A DNA stretch of 29,531 nucleotides from Candidatus Woesearchaeota archaeon (GTDB lineage Archaea > Nanobdellota > Nanobdellia > Pacearchaeales > GW2011-AR1), in the NCBI GenBank assembly GCA_964493885.1, contig CAZBPV010000001.1, positions 66,189 to 95,719 of the forward strand. The letters are read 5' to 3'. Below are positions 16,181 through 24,318 of this stretch, piece after piece (position 1 is the first letter of the stretch; each line of letters starts with the position of its first letter). A program made the position numbers and the translations under genes. The notes beneath the pieces were generated by a model, which saw only the letters and a list, made by a program, of their open reading frames with translations, had not been told where the DNA came from and did no database searches.

Positions 16181-17153
16181 TTTGTTTTAGGAATTTTTTT
16201 ACTAAATTTAGTTGTCTTTTAGAATATTTATCTTTTTGCTTTTTTGCTCTTTCTTTTTCCCAGTCATCTAGTTCTGGAATTTCTGCTGCTTTTACTTTTA
16301 TACTCTGTTTAGTATAATCTAATTTAACTGGATGAGCAGTGAAATAATCTCCATTATATATACTCCAACAGGATCTTGTTCTCTGTCTTTTATTTGATAT
16401 GTCTTCTGTTAATTCATGAAAACCAAAAATAGCTTCCATATTTCCTAGAGATTTAAATGGCTCAGCAGTATATTTTTTGCAGTCTCTTGCCCATCTTGCT
16501 TGCTTTGCTGTGACTTTATCTCTAAAATGCTGATATTCTGGCAGAGGTTTTCCATCTATTTTTGCACTAGAGAATAAAAAGAGAGGATCCTTCTGGGCTC
16601 CTAAAACATCCATCTGAACTTTGTTTTCTTGTAATCTAATTCCAAGTGCATCTGCTAAGAATTTACTATGTTGTATTCCCCTAGTTTGATTGGCTACATT
16701 TCCAATTAATTGATCTACTGGGATTCCTGTTTGACGTGCAAGTTCTAAAAGGTATTCTACAGGAGTTGAGCCCATTATAACTAATCCTTGATAATTTCGT
16801 GCTATTTCTTGTAATATAGGATATATTTTTTCTGCTTGTTCTAAAAATTCTTTTGCATCTGACTTAAAGCTTATTGGACGTTCTTGAGTTGATGTTGCAA
16901 TAAGAAGCATGTTTGGAGATTGTTTTAAGACCCCATCTAGAGTTTTATGTGTAACAAAATCTTCTTTATTATATCTTCCAAGCACACATCCCATATTTTT
17001 GTAAGTTTCTTGGAGTCTTTTTTCTTTACTTCTAGCATAAAATGGGCTGTATGCATCTACTCTTCCAAGAGATTTATTATCAGAATCAATGCAGTGCAAT
17101 CCTAAAAATCCTAATCCAATCACCCCTAGTGTTGGTAGATTGTCTTGTTCCAT
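16173..17153 (-). CDS. Divergent LDH/MDH-fold Rossmann protein with catalytic residues replaced (probable non-catalytic paralog)
   Basis: 326 aa with GxGxxG as VIGLGFLG. Landmarks aligned by eye to L-LDH/MDH are STPVE (for TNPVD), GIPVDQLIG, NQTRG (Asp168 to Gln) and LGAQKD (His195 to Gln). It is a paralog of the next gene. Confidence 0.55.
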   Translation of the reverse strand: MEQDNLPTLGVIGLGFLGLHCIDSDNKSLGRVDAYSPFYARSKEKRLQETYKNMGCVLGRYNKEDFVTHKTLDGVLKQSPNMLLIATSTQERPISFKSDAKEFLEQAEKIYPILQEIARNYQGLVIMGSTPVEYLLELARQTGIPVDQLIGNVANQTRGIQHSKFLADALGIRLQENKVQMDVLGAQKDPLFLFSSAKIDGKPLPEYQHFRDKVTAKQARWARDCKKYTAEPFKSLGNMEAIFGFHELTEDISNKRQRTRSCWSIYNGDYFTAHPVKLDYTKQSIKVKAAEIPELDDWEKERAKKQKDKYSKRQLNLVKKFLKQNG

Positions 17154-17162
17154 TTTTATTAA

Positions 17163-18599
17163 TTATCTTTGCCAATTTTCTGTTTGACTTATTATTGCTC
17201 TTAAATCTGTATTTAATCCATTTGGTCCTAGAAGTATTTCTTTATTTTCTGTTAAATCTGTAATTTTGCATATTCCTTTGACTTTTACATCCACTCTTCC
17301 ATTTCCGTCTCTAGAATCTTCAAGAACAAATTCTGCTGGAACACTTAGTAATCCTGCATAAATAGGGTATCTTGAATATCTTTGTAAATTTGAAATATCT
17401 TCTAGACACTCTTTTACTCTTTGAGGAACTCCTCTGTAATCATGCTGATATTTATTAGCAGATTGCACAACTGCTAAACCTACTTTTTGCGCTTTTGTAC
17501 AAATTTCTTTTTGCAATTCTTCTTTTTTTAATTGAGGAAATGTTTCAAACAACGGCACGAATACATTATTTACTCTAACAAAAGATTCTGCATAAAGAGG
17601 AACTCCTCCTTTCATGTGATCCCCGATTGCTATTGTAAGAACATCTTCTTCTTTTATTGCAGGATTAAATTCTTTTAATTTTTCATATAATTCTGCTCTA
17701 TGCCTTATAGTATCTGGTGGGAAAGAAGTAAGCTGTTCTCTAGGAATTCCTAATCTTGTTGCATATTTAATAAAATGTCCATTTGGATTAGATTGTATCG
17801 CAATTAATCCAGGATAATTATTAGCAATTGCTGCCAATAAAACCGGCTCTATTTTTGGAAGCCCGGTTTTAAATAACATTTCTGTTAATTCTGTTCTTTC
17901 ATTAAAAGCATCATAATCAATTCCATGTTTTCCAGTTGTAATTAATAAAACATCTGGTTTTTCTTGAATTAATGCTTCAAGATTAGTTCCGTGAGTAATT
18001 ATCTTTTCTCTTTGCTCACCTGTTAAATCTAATCCTGTTAGTAAGGGAGAGTAATCCCCGTTTACAAATTGAGTATAAACATGAGCAGCCTGAATATTAT
18101 TGCTTCTTGCAGCTTTTTCAAGAATTCCTAATCCTAGTGTGCCTAATCCTACAATACCTATGCTTAGTGGCTGAAATAATTTTCCTTCTTTTCTTAATTC
18201 ACAAACCTTCCTAATAACTTCCCCCTCATCAAAATTTTCGTCATGGTTTTTTGGAAGCCATCCAGAAAATTGCTCATATCCAGGTTCAGTCATTGTATCT
18301 TTATAAGGTTCTTTATTTTGAGTCGTAAGAATTTTTCCTCCTTTTATCCCTTTTTCAGCCAAAACTTTTGCCATCTTAGAGGCTAGTTGCCTATTGTTTG
18401 GGTCTTCATGAACAAAATACATATGTCCCCTTAATAATCTAGAATTGCTACGTAATGCTTCTGGATGAATTACATCATCAACAGTAACTATATCAAAATT
18501 TATACCAGAATCTTCTTTAACTTTTCCTTTAAGTATTCTTTTTAGATTCTCTTTTCCTGCTTGAGTTTCATTTATTATTATTACTTGAGGCTTTCTCAT
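17163..18599 (-). CDS. LDH/MDH-fold 2-hydroxyacid-dehydrogenase-like protein with an N-terminal extension of ~150 aa and unknown family
   Basis: 478 aa. Residues from about 155 to the end carry IVGLGTLG (GxGxxG), LLITTGK....ERTEL (Arg109 region), QSNPNG (TNPVD), GIPREQL, DTIRHR (Asp168/Arg171) and IGDHMKG (His195). The N-terminal part alternates strand and helix: QVIIIN, FDIVTV, HMYFVHEDPNNRQLASKMAKVLAEKGI. Confidence 0.6.
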   Translation of the reverse strand: MRKPQVIIINETQAGKENLKRILKGKVKEDSGINFDIVTVDDVIHPEALRSNSRLLRGHMYFVHEDPNNRQLASKMAKVLAEKGIKGGKILTTQNKEPYKDTMTEPGYEQFSGWLPKNHDENFDEGEVIRKVCELRKEGKLFQPLSIGIVGLGTLGLGILEKAARSNNIQAAHVYTQFVNGDYSPLLTGLDLTGEQREKIITHGTNLEALIQEKPDVLLITTGKHGIDYDAFNERTELTEMLFKTGLPKIEPVLLAAIANNYPGLIAIQSNPNGHFIKYATRLGIPREQLTSFPPDTIRHRAELYEKLKEFNPAIKEEDVLTIAIGDHMKGGVPLYAESFVRVNNVFVPLFETFPQLKKEELQKEICTKAQKVGLAVVQSANKYQHDYRGVPQRVKECLEDISNLQRYSRYPIYAGLLSVPAEFVLEDSRDGNGRVDVKVKGICKITDLTENKEILLGPNGLNTDLRAIISQTENWQR

Positions 18600-18697
18600 T
18601 TTGTCTATTTACCTCTCCAAAATGGTTACATTTTATAGTATTTAAAGGTTTTTGATTTTTGAATTATATTTAAATACATGGATTTTTTTGTTTAAAT

Positions 18698-19879
18698 ATG
18701 TTAATTGGATTAGTCGGAAAGCCCTCGGTTGGAAAGAGTACTTTTTTCAAAGCAGCTACACTTGCAGAAGTAGAAATAGCAGCATATCCTTTTACAACTA
18801 TAAAACCAAATCATGGAGTTGGGTATGTAAAAGTAGATTGCATTGATAAAGAGTTCAAAGTTCAGTGTAATCCCAGTCATGGATTTTGCATTGATGGAAA
18901 AAGATTTGTTCCTGTTGATTTAATGGATGTTGCTGGATTAGTTCCTGGAGCTTCAGAAGGAAAAGGATTGGGAAATAGATTTTTAGATGATTTAAGAGAA
19001 GCAGATGTTTTTATTCACATAGTAGATGCTTCTGGAACAACAGATATTGAAGGAAAACAGACTGAAGGGTATAATCCGTGCGATGATGTGAGATTTCTTG
19101 AAGATGAGTTAAATAAGTGGTTTTTTAATATATTAATTAAGGCTTGGAAGAGTTTTGCAAGAAAATCAGAGATTGAGGATATTAATTTTGCAGAAGCTGT
19201 GGCTAAGCAATTCTCAGGTTTAAAGATAAATGATGAACAAGTTAAGTCGGTTTTGCTTAAATTAAATTTGCCTGACAAACCAAGTAAATGGAATGAAGAG
19301 GAATTAATGCAGTTTGCTGCTACATTAAGAGATAAAAGTAAGCCTATGATTATTGCAGCTAATAAGGCTGACCATCCAGATGCTCAAAAGAATATTAGGA
19401 AAATGCAGGATGAATTTCCAGAGCTTATGATATATCCTTGCTCAGCTGATTCAGAACTTGCGTTACGAGAAGCAGCTAAAGCTGGATTGATTGAATATAT
19501 CCCTGGAGGGAAAGACTTTAAAATTATTGGTAGTGTAACAGATAAACAAAAACAAGCTCTTGATAATATTAAAAAAAACGTCCTTGATGTGTATGAAGGA
19601 ACAGGTGTTCAGGAGATTCTTAATCTTGCTGTGTTTGATTTATTAAAATATCTTGCAATATTTCCTGCAGGAGCAAATAAGCTTACAGATAGCAAAGGAA
19701 ATATACTTCCTGATTGCTTTTTGCTTCCGCCTGGAAGCACTGCCTTGGATTTTGCTTATTTTCTTCATACTGATTTTGGAAAGAATTTTATTAAGGCAAT
19801 TGATGCAAGAACAAAAAGAGCTTTAGGAAAAGATTACAAGCTGAAAAACAGGGATGCACTTGAAATTGTTGCTAGGTAA
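18698..19879 (+). CDS. ychF: Obg-family GTPase/ATPase of the YchF/OLA1 type with a C-terminal TGS-like domain
   Basis: G1 is [12 protein letters not shown], the G2 region is [12 protein letters not shown]3 is DVAGLV and G4 is NKAD. 393 aa with an ATG start. Confidence 0.85.
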   Translation: MLIGLVGKPSVGKSTFFKAATLAEVEIAAYPFTTIKPNHGVGYVKVDCIDKEFKVQCNPSHGFCIDGKRFVPVDLMDVAGLVPGASEGKGLGNRFLDDLREADVFIHIVDASGTTDIEGKQTEGYNPCDDVRFLEDELNKWFFNILIKAWKSFARKSEIEDINFAEAVAKQFSGLKINDEQVKSVLLKLNLPDKPSKWNEEELMQFAATLRDKSKPMIIAANKADHPDAQKNIRKMQDEFPELMIYPCSADSELALREAAKAGLIEYIPGGKDFKIIGSVTDKQKQALDNIKKNVLDVYEGTGVQEILNLAVFDLLKYLAIFPAGANKLTDSKGNILPDCFLLPPGSTALDFAYFLHTDFGKNFIKAIDARTKRALGKDYKLKNRDALEIVAR

Positions 19880-19900
19880 TAGAAAAAGTTGTTACACTAT

Positions 19901-20713
19901 CTAAAAGTTTATTTTTAATCCAACTCTTCCGGTTACTTCATCTTTAACATTGCTATTACTATCTGCAAAATTATGGCCGTATGTTGCACCTGCTGTAAGA
20001 CTGGCTTTATCATTAAATTTATATTCTGCTTGAAGTCCTACTTCTAAACTAATTATATTCTCTTTTTTTGAATCATTAACATCATAACCGCCTACTCTTC
20101 CTGTAATTTTGTTATCCTCTAGTGTTAAGGCTGGACCTCCACTTACATTTAACGTAAATTTGTCTCCTGGAATAAAATCATATCCTGCTCCAAGTCTTAA
20201 TTTTGTTGCTTTGCTTTTTAAGTCAAGATAGCCATTTGAAGTAGTTTCACTTTCATCCATTTCACCATACTCTGCTCCAGCATAAAATTCACTTCTTCTG
20301 TCCTTTGCCCCTACTTTTACTCCCATAACTGGCATTGGGTTTGGATTATCTTCACTATTTAATGCAAATTTCATCCCAAAGTAAGGTTCTGCATATGCTT
20401 TCCATTCAGCGGATTCAGTTTGAATTTGTCTTTGACTTAATCTGTTTTCAGAATTTGATGTTTTGTTTAATTGAGCAGTTTCTGAAATTGGATATTTTGG
20501 AGATTCTTGAATAAGAGTTTTAGTTTCTTCTTTTCTTTCAAGTTTATTATCTTTCCACTCATACCCAATTGGAGGTTGAACTGTTCCTACAGACATTGTT
20601 CTTTGAGATGGGATTGTTGGGGTTTCTGTTTTATGACAAGATGTAGTTGTTACACTACCTAATCCAAACAATCCTACTATTCCTAATTTTGCTAAAAGTC
20701 CTAATTTTGCCAT
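19901..20713 (-). CDS. Exported protein with an N-terminal hydrophobic anchor plus Cys and a C-terminal ~165-aa beta-barrel-like domain ending in Phe
   Basis: The N-terminus is MAKLGLLAKLGIVGLFGLGSVTTTSC. The C-terminal domain has alternating hydrophobic beta-strand patterns (KLRLGAGYDF, FTLNVSGGPALTL, ISLEVGLQAEYKF, ASLTAGATYGHNF, VTGRVGLKINF*). It is about 55% identical by eye to the C-terminus of the upstream gene product. Confidence 0.6.
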   Translation of the reverse strand: MAKLGLLAKLGIVGLFGLGSVTTTSCHKTETPTIPSQRTMSVGTVQPPIGYEWKDNKLERKEETKTLIQESPKYPISETAQLNKTSNSENRLSQRQIQTESAEWKAYAEPYFGMKFALNSEDNPNPMPVMGVKVGAKDRRSEFYAGAEYGEMDESETTSNGYLDLKSKATKLRLGAGYDFIPGDKFTLNVSGGPALTLEDNKITGRVGGYDVNDSKKENIISLEVGLQAEYKFNDKASLTAGATYGHNFADSNSNVKDEVTGRVGLKINF

Positions 20714-20714
20714 T

Positions 20715-22781
20715 TTAGAATTTTACAGTAACTCCTGCTCTTGCTGTTAAGTCATCGGTTACATTAGAATTATCATCTGCAAAGTTATGTCCATATACTG
20801 CACCTGCTGTAAGGCTTACTCTATTATTTAATCTGTACTCTAAACCTGCTCCAACTTCTGCTCCAAATATTGTTTCTTTTTTAGAATCATCAACATCATA
20901 GTCCCTTACTCTTCCAGTGATTTTATTTTCTTCTCTTGTTACTCTTAAACCAGCTGAAACATTTCCAACTAATTTTCTTTCTTTATTTGAGCTTAATTTT
21001 CCTCCAACCATGAATGTTGTTGCAGTGCTTTTTAAATCAAGATATCCTTCTGGAGTTGTTTCATTTGCATCCATTTCCCCTCTTTCAATTCCTAAGTAAA
21101 TTGAGCCATTTTCCTTTTCTACTCCAATTTCAACACCAAAAACAGGCATTGGGTCTGGAGTATCTTCTGAACTTAATGCATATTTCATTCCTGCATAAGG
21201 AGCTATCTTTAAAGTGTATGGATTTGGAGCTCTTAGAGGCAATGGATTTCTTGGTTGTTCTACAGGTTTTTGGGTTGATTTCCCAGAAGCAGGAGCTAGT
21301 TGTATTGGAGTTTTTTGAAATTCTGGAGCTGGTTGAATTGGATTATAAATAATTGGTTCTGGTTTAACCTTTTCAACTACTGCAGACTCTTTGTAATCAT
21401 CTGTAAGTTCTTGATAATCTTTTCTAAGAGTTTCAACCTCTTTTCTTAACTTTTCTGTATTATCAATATTTATTGATACCACCTTAGTTAATAGTCTTAT
21501 ATCTTCTCTATTTCTTATTATTCCTTTATCCGCCATATCTCCAATATCTTTTGGTTTTTCTGGTTCTTTATAATCCTCAACAACATCCTTAGGTTCTTTA
21601 ACTGGATCTACTCCAGGTTCTAATTTAACTTCTTTAACTGGCTTTGGTTCTGAGATTACAACAATTTCTTCTAGTTGATTTATATTTGTTCTTTCTTCTT
21701 TTACTTGAACTGCTGTGTATTCAGGTTGAACTGCAGTTTTTAGGGATTTAACTTCTTCATTAGGAAAAAGACTATATGTTATTATCCCAGCTAATCCAAT
21801 TCCTGCTCCAACAAGGCCCCATTTGAATCTTTTCTTAGGGTCATTCCATATATATTTTATTGTTGTTATTGGATTTTTTAAAGATTCTATGACTTTGCTT
21901 GCTAAACTGGGTTTTTTGAATTCTCTGGCGTGATGTTTTGGTTTAAGGGGGTCAAATCCAGATTTATTAGGGACAGCATTACGAGGGAGTCCAACTTCAT
22001 CTGTTAAATCATCACCAAAGATTTCCTGTCTTGTTACTGATATTCCTGGAATAATAATTCCATAGTTGTTTTTTAATACACTATCAATATTCCTTATTGC
22101 CTCTTCTTTTGATTGTGAATTCATTCGATTTACTTCATTAAATACTTTTACTACTTCAGTTTCTATAGGCACAATAGAACCGTCTCCTTTTTTTTCAAAT
22201 AATTCTGATTGGTGGTATTGTGATGTTGGAGATGCATGAGCTCTTATCATTCTTTCTGTTACCATATTGAGGAGGTTCATACATTCGTTTGGAGGCATTA
22301 TAGGTCTTGGATTATTAATAACAACCTTTTTTTTATTTAACCCCTTATTCTTAAGATACTCTCTTGCTCTTTTTTTTAGACTTTTACCCATTAGTTCTGT
22401 TATGTCTTCTCTACTCTGTGGTGTTGCCCTAATCACATCTTCCTCAACTTGTTGAAACACTACTCTTTGACCTTCCTCATTTAATTCTCCCCATAATGCT
22501 CTCTTTTGTTGATATAATGCTTCAATATTTAAGTCCACCCTTTGAGTAATAGTTGTATTTTTCAAATTTTTTGCAAAAACAATTGGATTATTTTGGGCCA
22601 TCTCCCACATAATGTTTTTTGTCATTGCTTCTGCATAAAGTTTTTCTGAATACTTTTCAAAATATTCTTCACCAGGCCTGATTTCTTCTTGGTTTGGGTT
22701 TTGAGGTGTTTGGGTATCCATTTTAGTATTAATCACAGTATCTGTAGCATGTTCCCCATGAACAGATTTGTATGCAGTCAT
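20715..22781 (-). CDS. Bitopic membrane protein: cytoplasmic N-domain, one TM helix, a Pro/Glu/Lys-rich and coiled-coil linker, then a C-terminal beta-barrel-like domain
   Basis: The TM helix is WGLVGAGIGLAGIITYSLF. The linker contains EPKPVKEVKLEPGVDPVKEPKDVVEDYKEPEKPKD. The C-terminus reads ...VSLTAGAVYGHNFADDNSNVTDDLTARAGVTVKF*. An alternative start at 22721 (MDTQTPQ) would remove the 53-nt overlap with the upstream gene. Confidence 0.6.
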   Translation of the reverse strand: MTAYKSVHGEHATDTVINTKMDTQTPQNPNQEEIRPGEEYFEKYSEKLYAEAMTKNIMWEMAQNNPIVFAKNLKNTTITQRVDLNIEALYQQKRALWGELNEEGQRVVFQQVEEDVIRATPQSREDITELMGKSLKKRAREYLKNKGLNKKKVVINNPRPIMPPNECMNLLNMVTERMIRAHASPTSQYHQSELFEKKGDGSIVPIETEVVKVFNEVNRMNSQSKEEAIRNIDSVLKNNYGIIIPGISVTRQEIFGDDLTDEVGLPRNAVPNKSGFDPLKPKHHAREFKKPSLASKVIESLKNPITTIKYIWNDPKKRFKWGLVGAGIGLAGIITYSLFPNEEVKSLKTAVQPEYTAVQVKEERTNINQLEEIVVISEPKPVKEVKLEPGVDPVKEPKDVVEDYKEPEKPKDIGDMADKGIIRNREDIRLLTKVVSINIDNTEKLRKEVETLRKDYQELTDDYKESAVVEKVKPEPIIYNPIQPAPEFQKTPIQLAPASGKSTQKPVEQPRNPLPLRAPNPYTLKIAPYAGMKYALSSEDTPDPMPVFGVEIGVEKENGSIYLGIERGEMDANETTPEGYLDLKSTATTFMVGGKLSSNKERKLVGNVSAGLRVTREENKITGRVRDYDVDDSKKETIFGAEVGAGLEYRLNNRVSLTAGAVYGHNFADDNSNVTDDLTARAGVTVKF

Positions 22782-23583
22782 CCATTAAGTGATTTACTGT
22801 GAGAGTGAAACTTGCTGTTTCCCCATTTGCATCCAGAACCACATTTTCAACACCATACCAGTTTGCTTCAAGATTACTTATTACTAAATCATTTCCTGAA
22901 ATAGAAAGGTCAAAATGAGTGTGTGTTGAACTAACTGTAATAGTTACTGTATCATCAGGGTCAACTGCTTCTATTGTAATATTAGCATAAGCTATTGTTC
23001 CATCAACTGAATCTTCATCAACATTTTGATTAGAAAGTGAATTCCATACAAGAGCGTCATCTACTGGGTTTACTGTTACTAATACATCTTGAGAGTCTGT
23101 GTTTCCATCAGTATCTTCAACAGTGAATGTAACACTCTCAACACCATTCCAGTCTACAGGAGCACTGAAAATTACTTCATGAGTATCATTATCTATAATA
23201 ATAGTGATGTTTGAGTTTCCAGAAACACTCCATATAAGTTCAGATAAAGCATCATAATCATCTTCTGCATAATTATCTAAGTCAAGTGAATCATGAATAG
23301 TATCTTCCTCAAAGTAAATGTTTGGAAGTCCTAGTATTCTAAGTTCAACATCTTCATCAACAGCATTATCTTCACTCTTTCCATCCCCACTATAGATGTT
23401 TATAATATTTTGACCTGGAGTTCCAGAGTCTGCAAACCCTGCTAAAGGGTCTATTAAATTCTCAACATGAGCTTTGTTTTTTATTTGGTTTAGAAGAATA
23501 AAAGATAAAGCTAAAATTATAATTACTAATGCAATTAATGCGATTAACATAGACATTACCACAATTTTCCTTTGTTTTTCCAT
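22729..23583 (-). CDS. Signal-anchored surface protein with two Ig/cadherin-like repeats and a Cys-rich C-terminus
   Basis: The track start at 23601 is a TTG. The ATG at 23583 (MEKQRKIVV..) lies 23-32 nt downstream of a tatttaaatc box. The TM helix is MSMLIALIALVIIILALSFILL. The repeats have the pattern F.EDT...LDL..Y..D.D...L.WSV....N..I.....H...F.AP.DWNG.E...F.V.D..G......V.V.VNPVDD. The protein ends CIQICSWGTCYRYCD. Confidence 0.65.
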   Translation of the reverse strand: MEKQRKIVVMSMLIALIALVIIILALSFILLNQIKNKAHVENLIDPLAGFADSGTPGQNIINIYSGDGKSEDNAVDEDVELRILGLPNIYFEEDTIHDSLDLDNYAEDDYDALSELIWSVSGNSNITIIIDNDTHEVIFSAPVDWNGVESVTFTVEDTDGNTDSQDVLVTVNPVDDALVWNSLSNQNVDEDSVDGTIAYANITIEAVDPDDTVTITVSSTHTHFDLSISGNDLVISNLEANWYGVENVVLDANGETASFTLTVNHLMDDCIQICSWGTCYRYCD

Positions 23584-24318
23584 GTTATTTTTTAAAGGCA
23601 ATTAGTATTTAAATCTTTCTATTTTGTAACTACTATATAGTTAAGATTGCTTAGAGTTTGAATTAAAAAAGATTATATAAAGTTTGTTTAATTGTTTTTC
23701 TTATGGATATTTCCACTGCTGAAAGTGATATCTATTCTTGATAGATAGAATTATTAGTTTCTCATGGTTTAAAAATAGATGAATCAAAGCATCCTTTAGC
23801 ACCAGATACAAGAATTGGGATTTCAATTGACAAAGAATTGGTTTGTTTGAGGTACTCTCCAAGAAGTTATTTTTTTTGGAGTAAATTCTTTACAAATTCC
23901 TTTTTTATATGCCTTTTTACCAGAAATCAAATATGTTTTAAGCCCAGATTCAAGAGAAACTTTTTGAAGTGAATTGGAGTTTCTTCTTAATTCTCCTTTA
24001 TCTAAAAAACCTGGGCAGTTTGAATCTTTTTTTACCTTGCCTATTCAAGTCTTGCACAATTCAATGAGCTTTGAAGAAAAAAATTATAATGGAATCTCTG
24101 TAAATACTCCAATCAAACAAAAAAAATTAACTATAAAATCTTTGGATTGCTGGAGAAAAGATATTTTTATCCCATTTTGCAAGTTTTTAGGAGAGAGTTT
24201 TGACAATTATTTTGTGAAAAAAACTAGGTAGTGTAACACTTTTTTCATTAAATTCTGGATAATAACATTTAAAAAGATATTTTACTATTTTTATTTTATA
24301 AAAAAGGGAAATTGTTGA

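Noticed and set aside
17042-17263. 73-aa plus-strand ORF across the junction of the two LDH-like genes
   Set aside because: It is antisense to both CDSs and gives a Leu/Phe-rich artefact.
18652-18846. 64-aa plus-strand ORF overlapping the start of the YchF-like gene
   Set aside because: It is in an alternate frame of a gene whose G1 motif begins at codon 4. It has a non-ATG start in the track and no features.
19015-19278. 87-aa minus-strand ORF inside the YchF-like gene
   Set aside because: It is antisense to a motif-supported GTPase gene.
20917-22455. Plus-strand ORFs 20917-21099, 21014-21352 and 22267-22455
   Set aside because: They are antisense to the 688-aa membrane protein gene, whose C-terminal domain is corroborated by its paralog.
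22722-22781. First 20 codons of the 688-aa ORF (start 22781 versus 22721)
   Set aside because: This is not resolved. The upstream ATG creates a 53-nt overlap with the preceding gene, while the ATG at 22721 gives a 7-nt gap. I kept the track coordinates but flag the shorter form as equally or more likely.
23584-23601. Track start of the 290-aa ORF at 23601
   Set aside because: The codon at 23601-23599 is TTG, not ATG. The ATG at 23583 has correct spacing from a TATA-like box, so the shorter form was preferred.
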